Shown in pieces: positions 1-7,383 of a stretch of DNA of 24,496 bases. This DNA is from a virus (Duplodnaviria; Caudoviricetes). Numbering within the stretch: position 1 is the stretch's first letter; every line of letters starts with the position of its first letter. The notes below the pieces were generated by a model that saw only the letters and a list, made by a program, of their open reading frames with translations, was not told the origin of the DNA and did not search any database. The stretch covers positions 1-24,496 of IMG/VR virus record IMGVR_UViG_3300039216_000052; one strand, 5' to 3'. Made by a program: the position numbers and the translations under genes.

Positions 1-641
1 GGCCGCAAAGTGTTGTCCACTGGCGTGTGTCCGCACACCGTCAGAACCTTCGGGCGGTGAAATGCCCCCCCCTTGCCGACGACCGACAGCGCCGGGACGT
101 AGCCGTGCTGGCAAGCGGGGCGCAGTGCGATCAAGAAGCTGGTCTCGAAGAGGCGGTGCCGGCGAAGTTCGGCACGGCCATCTTTCGTGCGGAGTCCAAA
201 CATCGTCCCGCAAAGCATGATGAGGTTGCCTGACTCTCCAAGAGGTGATCCTTCCACGTTCTCGATCGCGTAAGGAACACCAGACTTAATAATTTTCTTC
301 CGTGTGATTTCAATTAACTCCGGATATTCCTTTTCTGGATGGAGTGCGCGAAGACGGGTGTATGCCTGGCATGGTGGAGATGCCCACACGAAATCAAAAT
401 GTAAGTCCCAAGAAAGTCCGCATCGGTCGCATATTTCAGGGAAATTGTCCCTGCTCCCGCCGACGAATTCTCCCGTCCATGAGAACTGAAAGGTCGTTGC
501 ATCGGCTTGAATGAAAAGATCGCCGCAGTATCTCGGCTGAGGGTTGATGTCAACTCCAGTGACATGGAAGCCAGCCATCTGGAGGCCACGAGTCGCGCCA
601 CCAGCACAGCAGAATAAATCCAATGCTTTGATTTTCCCCAT
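1..641 (-). CDS. C5 DNA cytosine methyltransferase (phage type), 3' end outside window
   Basis: Not in the ORF track. Manual translation from ATG 641 gives MGKIKALDLFCCAGG (motif I), VTGVDINPQPRY, FVWASPPCQAY (motif IV PC), YAIENVEG (motif VI ENV), MLCGTMFGL and RRHRLFETSF. The frame stays open to base 1. Confidence 0.92.
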   Translation of the reverse strand, partial: MGKIKALDLFCCAGGATRGLQMAGFHVTGVDINPQPRYCGDLFIQADATTFQFSWTGEFVGGSRDNFPEICDRCGLSWDLHFDFVWASPPCQAYTRLRALHPEKEYPELIEITRKKIIKSGVPYAIENVEGSPLGESGNLIMLCGTMFGLRTKDGRAELRRHRLFETSFLIALRPACQHGYVPALSVVGKGGAFHRPKVLTVCGHTPVDNTLR

Positions 642-647
642 GTAAAA

Positions 648-676
648 ATCTTGGACTAGATAGGCGAGTAAGTCAA
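648..676 (-). promoter_or_regulatory. Putative sigma70 promoter for a leaderless methyltransferase mRNA
   Basis: TTGACT (676-671), 17-nt spacer, CAAGAT (653-648), 6 nt, then ATG at 641. There is no Shine-Dalgarno. Confidence 0.5.
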
Positions 677-681
677 GGGGA

Positions 682-1374
682 CTACACGATCTCGCGCTTC
701 TGCACTCCAGCCTTTGCACCGTAAGCCGTAGTCCATACCTGGGCGTCGAGCCTATTCTGATAGAGGCTCAAGCCCCGAAGTTGGCCCATGTAGTCCTGCA
801 TGACTTGTGCCGCTTCCTCTGCTTCCTGTCCTAATTCTTTTGCACGGAGAGTTACGGCCGCCGCCATGCTGAAAGCATCGACAAATTCAGTCAAGAATGG
901 GACTGGAATACTGGTCGTGTACGGCCGCGCTACCGTGACCGGGCTGACAATGAAATCCATAAGGGCTGTGATCGGGCTGGTCAACTGCGGGTAGATTCCG
1001 AACTGAGACACGCCCAATGGAAACCAACTCTGCAACTGCGTCCCCGCCACTGCCTTCTGCCAGGATGGGTTCATGTCGTCCAAAGCCTTCAGCGTCGTCT
1101 TCCTGATTGGGTAAGGCTGCCGCAACCGCAAGGCCGCTATCACCCCAGCCGGTATCCCAATAGCCGTGTTGTTCTGGAGTGAGATGTAAGTGGTGTTCGC
1201 CGGCAACTGGATAGGAACATTCACCGCCTGCACGGTCCCCGTGATGAGAGCCGCCTCGAACATTGCATCGACCAAAGCAGGAAGAAATTCATAAGTCATC
1301 GACCAAAAAACAGGAGAGGCTGGATCTTCTTCCAGCCTCCCTGCGAGGTCGTTTGTCAGGTCATTCAAAGTCAC
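682..1374 (-). CDS. Putative virion structural protein, head-tail adaptor-like
   Basis: 230 aa. The N-terminus MTLNDLTNDLAGRLEED..FWS resembles phage adaptor N-termini, and the gene lies in the structural operon. Confidence 0.55.
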   Translation of the reverse strand: MTLNDLTNDLAGRLEEDPASPVFWSMTYEFLPALVDAMFEAALITGTVQAVNVPIQLPANTTYISLQNNTAIGIPAGVIAALRLRQPYPIRKTTLKALDDMNPSWQKAVAGTQLQSWFPLGVSQFGIYPQLTSPITALMDFIVSPVTVARPYTTSIPVPFLTEFVDAFSMAAAVTLRAKELGQEAEEAAQVMQDYMGQLRGLSLYQNRLDAQVWTTAYGAKAGVQKREIV

Positions 1375-1389
1375 ACTTCACCCGCCTGC

Positions 1390-2772
1390 TTAATTTTCCA
1401 CTTGGTAGTAAAAGCACGTCTGGCCCGTTGTCGAGGTCAGCGTCACGGTAAAGCTAGTCCCTGCCACGATACCCGATACAGACCACGGCGTTGTCACCAG
1501 CGGGATAACACACGTCGGAGTAGAGGGAAGATCTGCGGCGAATGTGATCGGGGTCAGCGTGATTCTGCTGTGGGTCGTCACCGCCGTCGTGTTCACCGTG
1601 TAGGTCGCCGTCGTTGTTGGAACGACGAACGCTCCAGCCGACGCCGAACCGCAAGCACCAGGAGAGGCCGAATTGATCGCACAGTTGGTCGCGGTGGAAT
1701 AGGTAGCCGCTGACGCGCTACCGGGAAGAGAAAGCCCTGTGGCAGAGAACGTCGCAACCACATTTGTTGAAGCGGCTCCTCCTACTCCGACAGTTACCAC
1801 TTTACCGCTACTGATGGCTCCTAAGAAGAAATTTCCAGTAGTTATGCAGTATCCGTCATCAGCAGCCCCAGAGCTATAGGACGATTGGTTGTAAGTAGAA
1901 GAGTTAATTCCGCAGTCCGTATAGTTGGTCGTGTTAGAACCGTTATCTGCTGTTGCAACCAAATCGCTCGAAGCAGCGTTATCGGATGACGTGTTTTGCG
2001 CGTTAATTTGAGTGGTTCCGCCGACGTTGCTTTGGGTCGCATTGATGACTGCGCCTGGGAGAGGCGTCCCTGTTCCGACCTGCAAACTTGTCGCTTGGAC
2101 TAACCCCGCTCCATTCTTCAACACGCTCGATAATCCTGCCGATGTGATTCCTGAAGCAAGTGAGCTGGTCAAGTCGATGCCGTTATAAGTGATTCCCGTA
2201 GTGATCGTCACTGGAGCCACGTTCGCCGCGTCCTGCACACGTACCTGCCACTGCCCCGGCCCCGGCAACACCATAGACGAGTCCGCCACGCTTGAGTTGA
2301 ATGAACCAGACCCCGACAGACTTCCAGTGACCGTCTGGGTGATCGGGACTCCGCAAACTGTAGGCGTTACGCTCGATCCCGTGGGAGGAACCCATGTGAA
2401 CGTGTAGGCGCCGTACTGGTAGTAATTATTCGTCGATCCAAAGGCTGATACGATCGGGTTCCCGCAAAGAGAGAAGTTATACGTGCTCGACGTGGTAGAT
2501 CCCGACTTCACTGCAAAATAGTACAGAGTTCCCGACTGAAGATTGGAGATGACCTCCGTGTGGCTCGTGACCGAAGCGACATCGATGCTGGTAGCCGAAT
2601 CAAGTGTGGCACTCGTACCGTAGAGGATTATGGAGTTGGCCGCCGTGTTGGTCGTCCACTTGATCGTTGCCGTAGAACTGGTCGTCGCCGAGACTACCAC
2701 GTTGGTAATCGTCTGGGCGAACCCGCTGGACACTCCAAGAATTGCAAACAGAATTGCAACCAGCCTCTTCAT
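1390..2772 (-). CDS. Signal-peptide-bearing fibronectin type III / fibre-like protein (460 aa)
   Basis: Start reassigned to ATG 2772 (AAAGGAAA SD). MKRLVAILFAILGVSSGFA-Q is a Sec-like signal. FN3 pattern ATIKWTT..YGT..LQSGTLYYFAV. Thr/Ser/Gly-rich with 8 Cys. Confidence 0.7.
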   Translation of the reverse strand: MKRLVAILFAILGVSSGFAQTITNVVVSATTSSTATIKWTTNTAANSIILYGTSATLDSATSIDVASVTSHTEVISNLQSGTLYYFAVKSGSTTSSTYNFSLCGNPIVSAFGSTNNYYQYGAYTFTWVPPTGSSVTPTVCGVPITQTVTGSLSGSGSFNSSVADSSMVLPGPGQWQVRVQDAANVAPVTITTGITYNGIDLTSSLASGITSAGLSSVLKNGAGLVQATSLQVGTGTPLPGAVINATQSNVGGTTQINAQNTSSDNAASSDLVATADNGSNTTNYTDCGINSSTYNQSSYSSGAADDGYCITTGNFFLGAISSGKVVTVGVGGAASTNVVATFSATGLSLPGSASAATYSTATNCAINSASPGACGSASAGAFVVPTTTATYTVNTTAVTTHSRITLTPITFAADLPSTPTCVIPLVTTPWSVSGIVAGTSFTVTLTSTTGQTCFYYQVEN

Positions 2773-2786
2773 CTGATTTCCTTTCT

Positions 2787-3329
2787 CTACACGATTTCCG
2801 CTACTGCGATGAACTTGTCGTTTGCCGTCCCGATGATCCATGCGTCGTCTGTCCGAATCGTGTTAAACGCAACACTGTTCGTGAACCTGAATGGGACCGT
2901 GGGAGTACCCGAAGCCGTCTTGTAGAGGATCTGGATCAAATTTCCTCCCGGCGCGGTCGTTACTGTGCTGTCAGATCCAAGAACTGCGTTTGCGGTCGTT
3001 GCATCCATAAGCTGAACGATAATCTCAGCGCATGGTATCGAGAGTGAGATGAGGGAGTTGATAGCGTGAGCGTGTTGCGCTGCCCCGCCCTGCGACGTGC
3101 ATTGCATCGTCGTCCCCGTCAGAATGGTCGTCACGAGCAACGTGTCCTGGTTCGCCGTCCCCATTTCAATGTTGATTCGGTCGCCGGTCTGATAGATGGC
3201 CGTGTTCGCAACCGTCACAATCGAGTCGATTCCAGCCGGAGGAATCGGCAGAGCCACCGTGATCTTGTCGCCAAACAAAGGCTGGGCATTTGTCCCTGTG
3301 ATCGTCTGAAGTCCGAAGGTTCTGAACAT
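2787..3329 (-). CDS. Hypothetical virion-associated beta-rich protein (180 aa)
   Basis: ORF with GGAG SD, abutting the upstream stop. Thr-rich and inside the structural operon. Confidence 0.6.
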   Translation of the reverse strand: MFRTFGLQTITGTNAQPLFGDKITVALPIPPAGIDSIVTVANTAIYQTGDRINIEMGTANQDTLLVTTILTGTTMQCTSQGGAAQHAHAINSLISLSIPCAEIIVQLMDATTANAVLGSDSTVTTAPGGNLIQILYKTASGTPTVPFRFTNSVAFNTIRTDDAWIIGTANDKFIAVAEIV

Positions 3330-3623
3330 TTACTTGCTCCTGTCTGGATTGGAGGGAAATTCCAACTCCCGCCGCGGTCTCTTCTCTGTATAAGAGAAAT
3401 GGCTCATGTGACTCTCGTGACCCTCGAATGAGTAGTGGTGGCCGTGATGACCGCATTCGCAACGACCAGTTCGACCGCAGATCTCCCCTCCAGAATCGTC
3501 AACGTCCTCGGCCTGATTGAATGGGATAGCGTTTGTGCGGCCAAGGTCGCTCTCTGGGCCTACCGGATACCGGCGCTGCCTGATGTCGTGCGTCTCGATT
3601 GATTGCTGGCCTGTTTTCTTCAC
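3330..3623 (-). CDS. Hypothetical protein with Cys/His cluster (97 aa)
   Basis: GTG start with GGAG SD, fills the gap exactly. Contains CGRTGRCECGHHGHHY. Confidence 0.55.
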   Translation of the reverse strand: MKKTGQQSIETHDIRQRRYPVGPESDLGRTNAIPFNQAEDVDDSGGEICGRTGRCECGHHGHHYSFEGHESHMSHFSYTEKRPRRELEFPSNPDRSK

Positions 3624-3656
3624 TGCTTTGTCTCCTTTGGCCCGTAGGCCACTTCC

Positions 3657-4157
3657 CTATTCGCAGAACTCGCCCGATACCCGATGGCCCCTGTCCCGCT
3701 GGCCCATCTCACGCGCCTTGCCGAGCATCCGGTCAAGCTCACGATTCGTTTCTTGTGGCCGTACCGATGGAGGGGTGTTCCAGTTGGAATGATCGTATTC
3801 TCTCGCATGGTTGCTAACACCGAATTGCTTGCAAAGTTGATCCAAGTGCCTGATCCCCTTTACTTCAATCGGCTGCCCGTTGAAGTGAGTCGTCGTGAAG
3901 TTCCACCTGTCCTCGCAGCCCATTGGAATTGGAGGGGCACCGAAGCAGTCCTTACACAGCATGAGCTTGCGTTCCTGCGAGTACGTGAAAGTACCGCCCC
4001 GCGCTTCCTTGTGCCAACGGCAGTCCGGGTTTCCACACAGTACCCCGTGGCGCCGGCCGCCCGTCATGTAGTCATCAACAAACGAACTCGCCGCCTTGAC
4101 TTCTTCCCCAAATGAGGTCAGCGGCCCTGCTTCTACAATCTCTTCCGTTCCGGTCAT
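3657..4157 (-). CDS. Zinc-ribbon-like hypothetical phage protein (166 aa)
   Basis: CGNPDC...CKDC motif and a strong GAGGAG SD. Confidence 0.6.
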   Translation of the reverse strand: MTGTEEIVEAGPLTSFGEEVKAASSFVDDYMTGGRRHGVLCGNPDCRWHKEARGGTFTYSQERKLMLCKDCFGAPPIPMGCEDRWNFTTTHFNGQPIEVKGIRHLDQLCKQFGVSNHAREYDHSNWNTPPSVRPQETNRELDRMLGKAREMGQRDRGHRVSGEFCE

Positions 4158-4214
4158 AAAATCTCCTCAGCAATCATTATGATGAACTCTATCCAATAGC
4201 GCCACCGGATTATG

Positions 4215-5189
4215 CTAGATGTCATGGCTCTGACCGTAGATTGATCCTTCACTGAACCCGGCGCCGTCATGTTCGTACTCCCAGGTCACGTCTTGTTGAT
4301 CGAGAGCGTTGTCAGCATTCTCCATCAATTCAACCGATGCGTTGTACTGCGCGATCTTCATCTGCGCCACGGTTGGGTCATAGTATTTGTCGCCACGGCC
4401 GCCAAACAGCTTCGCATCAGATATGGCTCTCGTCACAAGAATGTCCGCCCGAATGAACGAAGCCGGCGAGTCTGTGTCGAGAACCATGTCCGGGGGCTGG
4501 ATGTATCCTTCGTAGGGGAACACCTGCTGCGAGTAGGGAGTGGGCCAAATCTCCATCTGGTAGATCCCGTCCACAGTCGGGGGAAGCGGAGAGATCACCT
4601 TCGACCACCCCAGAGATATTCTCCAAGCGTCTCTTCCATCGAGAACCTGCTGGGGAACGTCCACGTCCATGCTCCACCCTTGCTGCTGATTCTTCGCGTG
4701 AAGCAAACGAACTGCGTTGGCGCCCATCTGGACGTAAGCCTCGACGATGTTGTAGCCGCCGGTGATCGTGTTCCCGCCGAACTGGCTGTCAACCGTCAAC
4801 CGCTGGTTGGAGACATCGACATCGTAGATGGTCTGGTACGGATACGTGAAGCCAACACGGAACTGCATCCCAATCAGGTTTCTTGTCCATGCCGTCCCGG
4901 TCCCCTGGATGATGTTGCTGCCGTTGGTTGCCGTCGCCCGCCCTGTGTTGATCGTCTGGGGGACGTTGATGTTGCCACGAACCTTCAGGGCGTACCAGTT
5001 GCGCTTCTGGAGGAGATCCCGATAGTAGGAGTTCAACCACCTGCCCGCAATCATCGGATCGACGTTGGGGTTCCACTGGCAGACCTCATTTATCATCTGC
5101 CGGTACGAGAGTTGCTGGACGTATGCCTGCTTCCCGTTGGGACTGCTTTGGTTCGGGAAATTCGGGTTCTGTGTGATTGTTGCAGGCAT
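4215..5189 (-). CDS. Putative head-tail adaptor / tail tubular protein with inserted beta domain (324 aa)
   Basis: GGAG SD. Helical N-terminus (YRQMINEV..WLNSYYRDL..NWY), a GRATATNGSNIIQGTGTAWT beta insert and a late IWPTP motif. Located after the capsid genes. Confidence 0.55.
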   Translation of the reverse strand: MPATITQNPNFPNQSSPNGKQAYVQQLSYRQMINEVCQWNPNVDPMIAGRWLNSYYRDLLQKRNWYALKVRGNINVPQTINTGRATATNGSNIIQGTGTAWTRNLIGMQFRVGFTYPYQTIYDVDVSNQRLTVDSQFGGNTITGGYNIVEAYVQMGANAVRLLHAKNQQQGWSMDVDVPQQVLDGRDAWRISLGWSKVISPLPPTVDGIYQMEIWPTPYSQQVFPYEGYIQPPDMVLDTDSPASFIRADILVTRAISDAKLFGGRGDKYYDPTVAQMKIAQYNASVELMENADNALDQQDVTWEYEHDGAGFSEGSIYGQSHDI

Positions 5190-5195
5190 CGTCTC

Positions 5196-5212
5196 ACTCC
5201 AAAATTTGGACT
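5196..5212. promoter_or_regulatory. Palindromic site copy 1, ACTCCAAAATTTGGACT (core TCCAAA-N-TTTGGA)
   Basis: Identical to 14256-14272 and the reverse complement of 21557-21572. Overlaps the SD of the gene starting at 5189. Confidence 0.75.
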
Positions 5213-5360
5213 ATCGCTTCGCTGTCTTGCGTCCCTTGCCGCCACGCTTCTTGCCGCGCTTGCCCTTCTTCTTCGCAATCCGCTCGGCCTTCTTCAGGAA
5301 ACCAACGCTATGGCTCCTCGCCTCATCTTCAGGCTTTTCGTCTTGTTCACGCATCGACAT
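5211..5360 (-). CDS. Small Lys/Arg-rich protein (49 aa)
   Basis: Manual translation: MSMREQDEKPEDEARSHSVGFLKKAERIAKKKGKRGKKRGGKGRKTAKR. TAATG overlap with the upstream gene and a GGGAGG SD. Confidence 0.75.
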   Translation of the reverse strand: MSMREQDEKPEDEARSHSVGFLKKAERIAKKKGKRGKKRGGKGRKTAKR

Positions 5361-5518
5361 TACGACCTCCCAGACTTGCGGCCAAGAGCATTGCGAACCT
5401 TCCCGCGTGAGCTCTTCGGTTTGACTTCTTCGCGGTCAGCCAGTGCCTTCTTGACCGCGCCACGAGCCTTCGGTTTGACCACTTCCTGATCTGCCAACGC
5501 CCTCTTCACTGTCGCCAT
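5360..5518 (-). CDS. Small basic protein with internal repeat (52 aa)
   Basis: Manual translation: MATVKRALADQEVVKPKARGAVKKALADREEVKPKSSRGKVRNALGRKSGRS. GGAAGG SD, starting 2 nt after the upstream stop. Confidence 0.75.
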   Translation of the reverse strand: MATVKRALADQEVVKPKARGAVKKALADREEVKPKSSRGKVRNALGRKSGRS

Positions 5519-5520
5519 GA

Positions 5521-5724
5521 CTACCTTCCTTTCGTGCGGCCCTTCGACCGCTTGCTGTGATTCTCCTTTGTCTTCCTCTTGTTGCTGAGGACCACTGCAA
5601 TCCGCTGCTTGTCAGCCTTGCGCTTGCCGCTTTTCTTCTTCGTGCGGCTGTACGTCTTTCCGCGGCCAAACTCCTCGAAATTCTTCCGAGTCGCGTCCTT
5701 CGACGTGGATTCGATGAGTGGCAC
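5521..5724 (-). CDS. Small basic phage protein (67 aa)
   Basis: GTG start overlapping the upstream TAG, GGGAGG SD. The MPL...N......KQRIAVVLS pattern resembles small basic proteins seen in phage head modules (recalled, not searched). Confidence 0.7.
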   Translation of the reverse strand: MPLIESTSKDATRKNFEEFGRGKTYSRTKKKSGKRKADKQRIAVVLSNKRKTKENHSKRSKGRTKGR

Positions 5725-6071
5725 TACGCCCTCCCGCCCGAGCGCCCCGCCTTCCGCTTCTTTCCGCGCTTCTTGTTCGTCAGACTCATCCCGGCCTTCC
5801 GCAGTACCTTCTCGGCCTTCTTGCGCTTACTGGCAGGGATTACACGCTCGTTGCGGTGAACGATGGCTGGGCCAGTCTTGCGGACTTTTCCGCCCTTCCG
5901 GTAGGCCACTGGTTGAATGCTCGAAGTGAGCGCGGCAGAGCGGTCGGTTTCTTTCTGTCCAGACTTGGACAACGACTTCCCGGCCGCGCCCAACTTTTTA
6001 GCGGCACCGCTGTCTTTCCACCTGGAGCTTCCTTCAGAACTGGAAGAATCATCACTGTCTTCGTCAGCCAT
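5724..6071 (-). CDS. Basic protein with acidic N-terminus and YRKGGKV..VHRNERVIP motif (115 aa)
   Basis: GGGAG SD. The GG..G....VH..E.V.P pattern occurs in phage virion-internal proteins, and the protein ends in a K/R-rich tail. Confidence 0.75.
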   Translation of the reverse strand: MADEDSDDSSSSEGSSRWKDSGAAKKLGAAGKSLSKSGQKETDRSAALTSSIQPVAYRKGGKVRKTGPAIVHRNERVIPASKRKKAEKVLRKAGMSLTNKKRGKKRKAGRSGGRA

Positions 6072-6085
6072 AACACACTCCCTTC

Positions 6086-6141
6086 AAACGAAAGGGGCGC
6101 ACTCTTTCGAGCCGCCCCTCCGGTTAGTTGCCCCGTAGGGC
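6086..6141 (-). terminator. Two hairpins (GCCC-UACG-GGGC and AGGGGCG..GAAA..CGCCCCU) with a short U-rich tail; weak terminator or stabiliser
   Basis: Inverted repeats at 6130-6141 and 6093-6119, followed on the minus strand by UUCGUUU. Confidence 0.5.
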
Positions 6142-7371
6142 TTAGTACCCAAGCAACAGCAGTTGGAATGCGTAGCCCGAAAGATCCGTTCCCGCCTGCA
6201 ATTCACCGGACGCCGTAGACAACCCGGTTGGTGTTCCTGTCACAAGCAACGAGATGGTTCCGGTCAAGTCTGCCGCAGACCCTACGGCTCCGGTCAAGTG
6301 CCATCCGAGTACGGTCGTGGTCGCGTAGGTAGCAGGCTGGACAACCATGACAGAACCGTTCATCTGGGCGGCTTGGTTGAATCCCTGAAGAACAATGATG
6401 TTTCCGGCGACGAGCGTATTCTTTGCCGCGATCGTAACCGTTCCCGGACTGGTTCCAGCAACAGGAGCAACCAACGTACTGTTGGTGCTGGCCGGAGCCG
6501 CGATCTCCAAAGATACCGGAGCATTTCCGTTGGTTACCAACAACGAAACCGTGCCGGTGGTCTCAGCCGCATTCAGCGCGCCGCCCGTGTAGTACCAGTT
6601 GGCGGTGAACTGAGCCGTGGATGCCGTCAAAATCTGGGCAATCACGCCATTGAACGGGGTGAGCGTAGCCTGGGTGAACCCTTGCAGTACAACAAACTGG
6701 CCCGGAACGAAGGTATTCGCTACGGTCATAGTCATAATTGAAGGAGAGGCCGAGGTACACGCACCATTGGTGACGAGAATCGGGGTTCCGGTCGTCAGGT
6801 TGTTTCCCACTCCAGCGCCGACCAACTGGTAGGTTCCGGTTATATCTGCCGTGGCCGCCGTGATGTTCGCCTGCCCAGGAGCATAAGCTGTGAACCCGGT
6901 AGCGGACGCTGTGACAACTTGAACGATGGAACCATTCAGAGCCGCGCCAGCCGTGAAGGAGTTCAAATAGACGAACTGTCCGGCAACAAGGTTATTGGCA
7001 ATCGCCACTGTGACCAGACTTGCTGGAGTTCCCGTGACGCCGATAGTAGTTGACTTCGCCGCCGATACCGGACCAAGACTCAGGAAAACTCCGACGTTTG
7101 GCCCTTCGCCAAAAATCTGAACCTTCTGTGTGGTCGAATTCCAAACTGGCGTCAAACCGCCTTGACTGCCTACAGGAAGCGCAGTCAAGATTCTCCAGAG
7201 ATCGACGTTGATGAGGTTCGGAGTCGAGTTGGTGTTTGCCGTCTCACCGCCGACCAGAGCATACCCTCCCAAAGGATAATCCGAGGCCGCCGGCTGGAGG
7301 GTAACAAACTCTCCAGCCAAGTTGCCAAGGTTCACATCTCCATCGGGATTCTTCGTTACTGTGTAAGCCAT
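6142..7371 (-). CDS. Putative capsid decoration/head-fibre protein with three internal beta repeats (409 aa)
   Basis: Three repeats of the form N.LVAG/FVPG..L..F....NG...V. GGAGGG SD. Follows the cement gene. Confidence 0.65.
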   Translation of the reverse strand: MAYTVTKNPDGDVNLGNLAGEFVTLQPAASDYPLGGYALVGGETANTNSTPNLINVDLWRILTALPVGSQGGLTPVWNSTTQKVQIFGEGPNVGVFLSLGPVSAAKSTTIGVTGTPASLVTVAIANNLVAGQFVYLNSFTAGAALNGSIVQVVTASATGFTAYAPGQANITAATADITGTYQLVGAGVGNNLTTGTPILVTNGACTSASPSIMTMTVANTFVPGQFVVLQGFTQATLTPFNGVIAQILTASTAQFTANWYYTGGALNAAETTGTVSLLVTNGNAPVSLEIAAPASTNSTLVAPVAGTSPGTVTIAAKNTLVAGNIIVLQGFNQAAQMNGSVMVVQPATYATTTVLGWHLTGAVGSAADLTGTISLLVTGTPTGLSTASGELQAGTDLSGYAFQLLLLGY

Positions 7372-7383
7372 GATTCCCTCCGG

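Noticed and set aside
27-607. Short track ORFs at the left edge (27-233, 131-313, 304-489, 314-607)
   Set aside because: They are shadows of the methyltransferase frame (641 to <1), which carries clear catalytic motifs.
2773-2841. Track start of the FN3 protein at 2841
   Set aside because: It overlaps the upstream gene. ATG 2772 has an SD and exposes the signal peptide.
4269-5489. 406-aa plus-strand ORF, and similar long antisense ORFs such as 7162-7989, 9166-9930 and 19449-20261
   Set aside because: They lie antisense to well-supported genes, have no motifs or SD, and are expected in GC-rich DNA.
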